Below are positions 57,101 to 64,000 of a stretch of DNA of 64,000 bases, one piece after another. The translations under genes and the position numbers were made by a program. Position 1 is the stretch's first letter. The number at the start of each line of letters is the position of its first letter. Location of the stretch: assembly GCA_004431415.1 (NCBI GenBank), contig QPMI01000640.1:1-64000 (forward strand), in the 5' to 3' direction. This stretch comes from Cyanophora paradoxa CCMP329 (taxonomy: Eukaryota > Plantae > Glaucophyta). The notes beneath the pieces were generated by a model. That model was not told the origin of the DNA. It did not search any database and worked only from the letters and a program-made list of their open reading frames with translations.

Positions 57101-58980
57101 CCCGAGGCCCGCCGCCGCCTGCCCCTCTTCAAGGCCCTCCTCTTCGCTACCGCCGCCCGGGGCGAGGGCGGGCGCCTCGAGCCCCACTCCAGCATCGTCG
57201 CCGCCCTCGCCCGCGACCTGTCCGCCCCCCCCGCTCCCCCCGCCCGCCCCGCCCCCGCTGAAGCCCGCGCAGAGTCTCGCACGGGTGCTCGCTGGGGGTC
57301 GGGGGCCGCACCTTCGGGGCGGCGCTGCTGCCGGACACGCTGGCGGTGTACGCGTGCGCGGAGCCGGCCAAGTTCCCCGGCATGCTCCGCTGGCTCGTCC
57401 GCCTCCTCAAGGGCGCCGCCTTCCCCCGCCACCGCCTCCTCGCCACCGCCAGCAGCCTCCTCACCGAGGCCGTCGAGGCGAAGCGGGACGGGGCGGAGAT
57501 GGCGGACGCCATCCTCACCGCCGCCCTCGCCCCGGAGGGCGCCTCCTGCGACCGGCCCGTCGCCCTCTTCGCCCAGGAGCCCTTCCTCCGCCAGGCCCGC
57601 CCCCCCGCCCCGCCCCGCGCCCCGCGCCCTCGCCCCGCGCCCTCCGCCGAGGCCCCCGCGCGCAGGTGAAGGCGGAGGTGGCAGCGGACCTCAAGCGGCA
57701 CCGCGCCGCCGCCGCCCGCGGCGGCTGCTGCGGCGGCCACTCCCACTCGCACTCGCACGGGCGGGGCGGGCACGGCCACTCGCACGGCGACGAGGAGGGC
57801 GACGACGACGAGGAGAAGGAGGGCGCGCCCCGTCCCCTCCCCTCGCGCCCCCCCGCGTGCTGAGGGGCGGAGGCGGCGGTTGCGCAGAGAAGGACGACGG
57901 GGGCGAGGCGGGGCGGGAGCTGGAGCGGGTGCGGGGGGCGCTGCTGGCGGACCCGCAGCGCGTCTTCCTCCAGGTCGCCGTCCCCAGCGAGGCGCCGGAC
58001 CCCGTCCCCGAGACCCTCGCCCTCCTCCTCGCCGGCCTCGCCGCCCCGCGCCCCGACGAGAGGCCCAAGGCCCGCGCCCCCCGCCCCAAGGGCAAGGGCA
58101 AGGAGCGCGCCGGCCCCGACCCCGCCCCCGCCTTCGCCCCGCCGCCCCTCGAGGCGCATTTTGCGCGGCCGTACGCGGTGCGGCGGTGCTGGTACGACTT
58201 CTCGCGGCTCGGGGGCGGCGAGCTCGCCGTCCTCGTCCCCATCCGCGGCGTCGAGGGCGCCTACCTCAACCAGTCCGTCCCCTGCCCCGTCGACCGCGTC
58301 CGCCCCCGCCCCCCCGCCCGCCGCCTTGCGCCCCATGGCCGCCGCGTGACTGGCCGGCAGCGGCACGAGGACTACCACGCGCTGGCGACGCTCTGCGAGC
58401 TGCTCTCGCGCACGGAGGGCCCCCTGTACGCGCGCGTGCGGGGCGCCGGCCTCGCGTACGGGGCGCACGTGGAGCTGGACGCGTGGCGGGGGCAGCTGCT
58501 CTTCAGCCTGTACGAGTCGAGCGCGCCGCACGCCGCCCTCGCCGTCTTCGGCGGCCTCCTCGGCGAGCTGGAGGCGCTGCTCACGGAGGAGGAGGCGGCG
58601 ACGGCGCGCGCCGCGGTCCTCTTCAAGGCCCACGAGGCCCGCGCCACCGCCCCGCTCCTCATCCGCCGCGCCCTCCTCTCCTTCTTCCAGGCCCGCCCCC
58701 CGCGCGCCCCTCCCCTCCCGCCCCTCTCGAGTCGACGCCGGCGCAGGGGTTCGAGACGCTGGAGGGGGAGGAGGGGGACGAGGCGCGCCTCGAGGCGGTG
58801 GGCGTCCCCGCCCTGCGCCGCGCCCTCGAGACGCACCTCTCCGCCTTCCTGCGCCCCGCCAGCCGCGCGACGGTCGTCACCTGCTCCGAGGCGATGGCCG
58901 CCGAGGTGGAAAAAGGCCTCCTCGCCGCCGGCCTCCCCCTCGAGCGCCGGGACCTCAAGAGCTTCGCCCCGCCCGCCTGA
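54148..58980 (+). CDS. M16C insulinase-family zinc metallopeptidase with His/Cys/acidic inserts
   Basis: DNKGLPHTLEHLVFMGS (HXXEH), CLSNGTNAWTAPDHT|AYT, PTLTDE|AFATEVYH, GVVFCEMQGRE, YHAAHYRPAN, EGPLYARVRGAGLAYGA. Stop 58978-58980. Confidence 0.9.
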
Positions 58981-59903
58981 GCCCGCTCACCCGGCCCTGC
59001 GCGCGTGCCGGCCCGGCTGCTGTACCCCCCGCCAGCCAGCCGCACCGGTATCATGCTCCAGTCTGGCACGTCCCGCCAGGCCGTGCACGAGAGTGACCCT
59101 TGCGAAAGTTGCGATCGCTCGCCAAACGTGCTTGGTTCTGAGACCTAAGTTGCAACTTGGCAAGTGAGAGGCATGAGCGGGCCCGCACGGGGTCGGAACC
59201 TTGGCACTATGGCCTCCGGCGGCGGCCCCCTCGGGGGTGCGAAAGGGCGGCCTGAGGGTCCCGGAGTCCTGAGGCGACTCGGAGTCTCACCGTCCTGCGC
59301 CCTGCCAGGCTGCACGCTCTCACAATGTGATCATGATCATGACCCGTGACCGTCGGACACCGAGCTCCGAGGCTCGAAGCCTTGAGGCCGTCAAGTTCGT
59401 TCCTCTGGATCAGCGGATCAACTTGGCAATATCGAGCTCGAGATCTTTTCATGGCCCAGTGGTGCCGCGCCGGCCCGGCCCTAGCCTAGTAGCATGCCGG
59501 GTCTCAGAGTTTTAAAAAACGCCCGCGGCCACTCTGCGCATGCGCGGCTGATCATGAGCCGCTGAGCTCTGCCGCAGTGCCAGGCTGCCAGGCCGGCGCC
59601 GCGTCACGGCGTCCCACCCAACCTTCAGAGTCTTCAGAAATTCCCGAGCCCGCCACCGGCCGGAGGCCACTGGGCCAGTTCATGATCAGCCAGACGGGCC
59701 CAGCCGGGGCGCAGGTCAGATCTCAGCGCTTGGCGCAATCGCGCCGCTCAGCCGCCAGCATCAACTCAGTGACTAGCGGATGGAGCTAGGACACTGTGAC
59801 AGAGGCAGGGGGCAGGGGCGACGGGGAAAGGATGCGAAGATGGGAGAGGAGCTAATCATGAACATGAGGTCGAACGGGCCGAACTGGGCTCGGCTGAACA
59901 AGC

Positions 59904-61264
59904 TCAAGGCCGCTGGGAAAGGGGGCGCCGAGAGCTTGCGATTGGGGCAGCTACAGGGACGAGACATTGCCGGAGTCGGATCGGCGGGGGCTCACGCCTC
60001 GGTGCGGGGCGCCTTCTCGGAGGGGGCGGGGTGGACGGGGTGGACGGGAGGGAAGGGGCAGCCGCGGGGGCGCCTCGGAGGGGGGAGTCGAGGTGGCGGG
60101 GGCGGGGGCGGGCCGGACCTCGCTGCCGACGAGCCGCTTCACGCCGTCCGCCACGGAGCGCCCGAGCGCCCCCGGCAGCTGCAGCTGCAGCCGTGCCCCG
60201 CGTGGGCCGGCGGGGCGGTGGGGCGGCGGGGGCGGGGCGGGGCGGGGCGGGGGGCGCACGACGGGGTGGGTGTCCTTGGCGGCGAGGACGGCCTCGCGCA
60301 CGCGCGGGCCCACCTCCCCCCGCATCTTCTCCCCGAACTCCGAGAGCTGCCCCCCCCGCCCGTGAGCTCGACGGCCCGCGGCGGGGCGGGGCGGGGCGGG
60401 GGGCTCGGGGGCGCGCGTTGTTGACTTCGAGCTTCTTGAACGTGAGGAGGACGGCGAGGGTGCCGCCGGTGAGCACGAGGCCCGTCGCGATCACGAAGGC
60501 CCCCGTCACTGCCGCGATCGCCCGCAGCCGCGCGTCCCCTTGCTGCCCCCGCCCTCAGCGCCCGCCGCCCTCGACGGCCGAGCGGGGCGACGCGTGCCTG
60601 GCGGCTCATCTTGCGGGTGTAGCTGCGCGGGCGTCAGGCGGGGCGAACGCGGTGCAGGTGGGCAGCGCGGGGCGCACAATCCCATGTTGGCCTGCTGCTG
60701 CTGCCGCTGCGCGCGCTCTGCGGCGATGTTCTCGCGCGGGGGAGGCGGCGAGTCGGGCGCCCGCAGGTCCTGGAAACTCCACTTCTGCCTGCGGACGGCG
60801 CGCGTCGGCGACGCGCCGCCGAGGCCGGCTGCGGGCGATCCGCGCAGGCGCACCGGTAGGCTGTCCTGAAAGCGTCGCTCAGCTGCCTGACGAACGAACC
60901 CTCGGGCACGGGCTTCCCCTCAAACCCGCTCTTGACCGAGTACGTATCCCTCTCGACGGGCGGCCGCTGTTTAACACCCAGGACTGGCGTGTTCTGCAGG
61001 ATCTCGGGGAGCACGTCTACGTGCTGCTGCGCGCTGTCGCCCGGCGCGATCTTCGGCGGAGCGTCTTTGATCCCAAGCTTCTCCCGCAGCCGCAGGAGCT
61101 TCTCCTCCTCCTCATCTTTAACGAATTGTCCCTGCGAGCGCGTCGCGTTGGTTGCCGTCACGTTGGGTGACAAGCACGCGCGCGGGCCAGCGGCGACAGG
61201 GAGGGTGGCGCACCTCGGCCTGCCGCAGGCGCGTTCCCAAGATCGCTCCGATGTTGCGCGGCAT
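59904..61264 (-). CDS. Putative mitochondrial membrane protein, TMEM242/Aim11-like C-terminal segment
   Basis: Arg-rich N-terminus MPRNIGAILGTRLRQ. TM AVTGAFVIATGLVLTGGTLAVLLTFKKLEVNN|LSEFGEKMR resembles the TMEM242/Aim11 pattern. 3' end uncertain. Confidence 0.45.
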
Positions 61265-61540
61265 GGCAGCTTCCACCCGCCTGGCCCGCACTGCCGCAGT
61301 CGCAGCGCTCCGGCGCGTATGTCCGCTGCTCGCCGCCTACCGCCACACGAGCTGCTGAGTGCAGTATTGGCGGTCTCTCGGGGCCACGAGTATTGGCAGG
61401 GATCGCCGGATGCCAGCGGATGGCCCGGGATGGGCCGCGGAGGGGTAGAGTCGAATAGTCGACAGTGGGCGCGAGCTCAGCCGGGATCCCGGAAGCCCGA
61501 TCTCGAGCAGCGCGAAAGCGAACTCATCGATATCGGACGA

Positions 61541-63292
61541 ATGAATTGCTGCCTTCCATTCCTCGGCTTGTCCTCGGACAGGCAGCCGATTCAAAGCCCG
61601 TCCTTCTATTCCTTCGCGTGCGTACGCGCGCGCAAAGACGCTCTAACGCACGAAGTCGAAATCAAGGCCGTTTCCCCCCACGCGCGGCCTGGAGCTGAGT
61701 CTTTTCCGATTTTCGCGCACAGCGTTGCCGACGCAGCGGTCGCTGCGAGTGCCGTCTGCCGTATCAAGAGCGAGGCGGGTGAATTCCTCGGTGCGTTGCG
61801 GGAGTTTGCGCGCCGTAGATCGAATTTTTCGCGCCCGCTTTCAAATTTTGAAATTGGGAATCGCAGGCTACGGCGCCCTCGTTGATATTGTGGGGAGGCC
61901 TGATCGCCCCGTGGTTGCTATTCCGTCCTCCATCGTGCCGGATGTGGCCCGCGTGCACACACTGAAAGCGGAGTTCTCGGTGATCTCGCACGGTGATTCA
62001 TGCCATGCGAGTTGATCGACCGCGAAAATCGTCGTGTCTCGAACTTCTGCGCAGATTCGGAGCTTCTCACCGTTCCGCTGGATCCGTTTACCTTTTTCGC
62101 GCGACCCGAGAAGTTTGAGCGACCGGCAACGATGCTGAGCAAGGCAAAATTCAAGGACCCTGGCGTGCTCTTCGTGGCTCCGGCCTACAACCCGCGCGTC
62201 CAGGCCTTCTCGCTCGCCCCGGGCCCCTCGAGCTCGACGGCACGGTAGGCCCTCACTGAGTCGTGATCAGTCGACGTCTTTCATGATCGGGCCCGTAGTA
62301 CGATGCAGCGCGTTCATGTGCTCTCCTTTTCGGATCGAGGCGCGGAGTTCGTCGGGGGAGAGATTCGCAAGCAGCGCGCCCCGTTCGTCGGTCCCCGCTT
62401 CGCGTCCGCGCTGAGCAAGTGGCTCGTCGAGGGCAACGTGCGTGGCTGATCATGATCGCGAGCTTTAAAACTTGCGAATTGAATATTGACTACGATCAAC
62501 TTCGCCTGCATGCATGCGCAGGTGGTCCTGGACGCGGAGTTCCGCGCCCTCGGGCTGCTGGTGCCGGGGAAGCGCGGCCTGAAGGCCGTCGACCTGCCCG
62601 TCGCCCTCGCCCCGCACGCCGACGAGATCGCCGGGCACGGATGGTTCAGCTCCAACAAGTCCCTCCCCCCGCCGCCGGGCCCCGCCGCCAAGGCCGCCTG
62701 GAAGCCGGCCGCGCACGCGTATGGCCCAGGGCACGCCGGGGGCCCATCGCCCGTGAGCCCAGGGCGGCTCTCGGAGGGCCGGGAGAACGTGCCGGGCCAC
62801 GGGCACGGGCACGGGCACGGGCACGGGCAGCGGGCCTCGCTGGGCCTGGACGACCCCCTCTCCTTCGAGACGGCCCTCACCGCCCGCACCGAGCCCGCAC
62901 CGCCCTCCCCGCGCCGCAGCCGCCAGCTGGGTGCGCGGCTTACGGGCGCGCAGGCGGTGGGCGGCGGGGACGGTCTTCGTGACGGACCTCGCGAACCCGC
63001 GCGCCAAGTACCACGCCCACGCCGGCTGCGGGGGCGCCCACGTGCGCCCCGCCCCGCCCGCCCCGCCCCGCCCGCCCCGGCGCCTGAGGCGGCGCAGGAG
63101 GCGCTGCCGGTCGAGGACGCGGTGGGCCAGCGGCGGCAGCGGTGCGGGGAGTGCTTCCCGGCGGGGCGCGCCTCGGGCGGCTCCATCCAGTCCGAGCTCC
63201 GCGCCATCTCCAACCTCTTCGTCTCCCGGCCCCGCGCCTCCCACGACCCCGCCCCCCACCCCCGCAAGTCCCTCGCCACCTCCGCCGCCTAG
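61541..63292 (+). CDS. Protein with degenerate trypsin-like domain, (GH)5 tract and C-terminal Ada-like metal-binding motif
   Basis: MNCCLPF start; VCRIKSEAGEFL|GYGALVD..VVAIPSSIVP..LKAEF..VPLDPFTFF; GHGHGHGHGHG; VFVTDLANPRAKYHAHAGCGGAH|EALPVEDAVGQRRQRCGEC. Stop at 63292. Confidence 0.55.
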
Positions 63293-63447
63293 GGCCGCCC
63301 CCTCGCGCCCGCCCGGCGCCCCGAGGCACGCTGCAGCGCGCCAGAGATCCAGATCCGCGAACCGTGTACAAAGCAGACCAAACCGAGACGCGATTGCTGA
63401 TGAGGGCCGAGGGGCCGGGCTCGGAAGCGGCGGCCGCGGGGCGGAAG

Positions 63448-64000
63448 CTACGGAGCGGAGGTGAGGGCGCCGGGCTCGGGGGCGCCGGGCGGGGAGGCCC
63501 GCCCCTCCTTGCGCCGCCGCTGGCCCTTCTCGGGCGCCGCAGCCGGGGGCGGGGGCGAGGGGCCCGAGGCGGGGGTCGGGGTTGGGGAGGGGCCCCGGAC
63601 GGGGCCGGGGCGGGGCGGGGCAGCTTGGCGAGGGCGGCGAGGAGGCGGTCGATCTTCTCCTCGAGGCGCCGGGCCGCCTCGGCGCCGACGCCCGGGCCGG
63701 GGCGGGCCGGGGCCGGGCTCGGCGGGGGCGACCTGCTGGACGCCGGGGAGGAAGGAGGCCGCCTCCGCCTCCCGCGCCTCCCGATCGGCCCCGCGCCGCT
63801 TCTCCCGCCCCCGCGCCGCCTCCTTCGCCGCCCGCAGCCGCCCCTCCAGCCACGCCTGCGCGCGCCTGAGGGACGAGGGGGGCGGGGGCGGGGGCGGCGG
63901 GGCGGGCGCGCGTGGGCGTGGATGAAGGGGAGGGCCCAGCAGAAGAGGAGCGGGAAGGCGAGCTTGAGGGCGCCGCGGTAGGCGTCGCGCCCCGCGAGCG
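63448..64000 (-). CDS. 3' end of a hypothetical membrane protein (continues beyond window)
   Basis: AYRGALKLAFPLLFCWALPFIH|AQAWLEGRLRAAKE..EEKIDRLLAALAK. Probable stop at 63448-63450. Confidence 0.45.
   Translation of the reverse strand, partial: ARGARRLPRRPQARLPAPLLLGPPLHPRPRAPAPPPPPPPPSSLRRAQAWLEGRLRAAKEAARGREKRRGADREAREAEAASFLPGVQQVAPAEPGPGPPRPGRRRRGGPAPRGEDRPPPRRPRQAAPPRPGPVRGPSPTPTPASGPSPPPPAAAPEKGQRRRKEGRASPPGAPEPGALTSAP

Noticed and set aside
24958-60521. GCGATCGC (cyanobacterial HIP1) occurrences
   Set aside because: Only a few copies in 64 kb of GC-rich DNA, compatible with chance.
68-63981. Hundreds of long Arg/Pro/Gly/Ala-rich ORFs on both strands
   Set aside because: By-product of very high GC content (few stop codons) and read-through of short introns; real exons occupy only parts of them.

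Overview
Gene-dense, very GC-rich eukaryotic nuclear DNA. Introns are short (about 50-80 nt) and GC-rich, and many use a GC donor, so most long ORFs in the supplied track are off-frame artefacts; gene models were reassembled by eye from exon fragments and their ends are approximate. A nuclear murB with an MAAF-type plastid transit peptide, together with a JHY-like axonemal gene, points to a flagellated alga with a peptidoglycan-walled plastid, most likely a glaucophyte (Cyanophora-like; inference). About 22 protein genes are visible: MFSD12-like transporter, 2xRRM protein, PRP19, EF-hand protein, WD40 protein, putative Ig-fold transcription factor, RING, F-box/LRR, JHY-like, cactin, IPT/TIG-glycosyltransferase fusion, MurB, Nup88, M3 and M16C peptidases, TMEM42 and several hypotheticals. 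There are two transposon islands. The first (2.1-4.9 kb) holds an acyl-CoA synthetase pseudogene, a tRNA-SINE-like element and a hAT MITE nested in a Harbinger-like element. The second is a 5090-bp transposase-less CACTA-type element (43968-49057) carrying gene fragments and tandem arrays. The most interesting signals are an alphaproteobacterial-looking MurB targeted to the plastid and head-to-head (77 bp) with an unusual secreted IPT/TIG-glycosyltransferase; the Pack-CACTA-like element; pervasive GC-AG, hairpin-prone introns; and a CTAG/TCATGA mutational signature concentrated in repeats and intergenic DNA. All family assignments come from motif recognition, not database searches.
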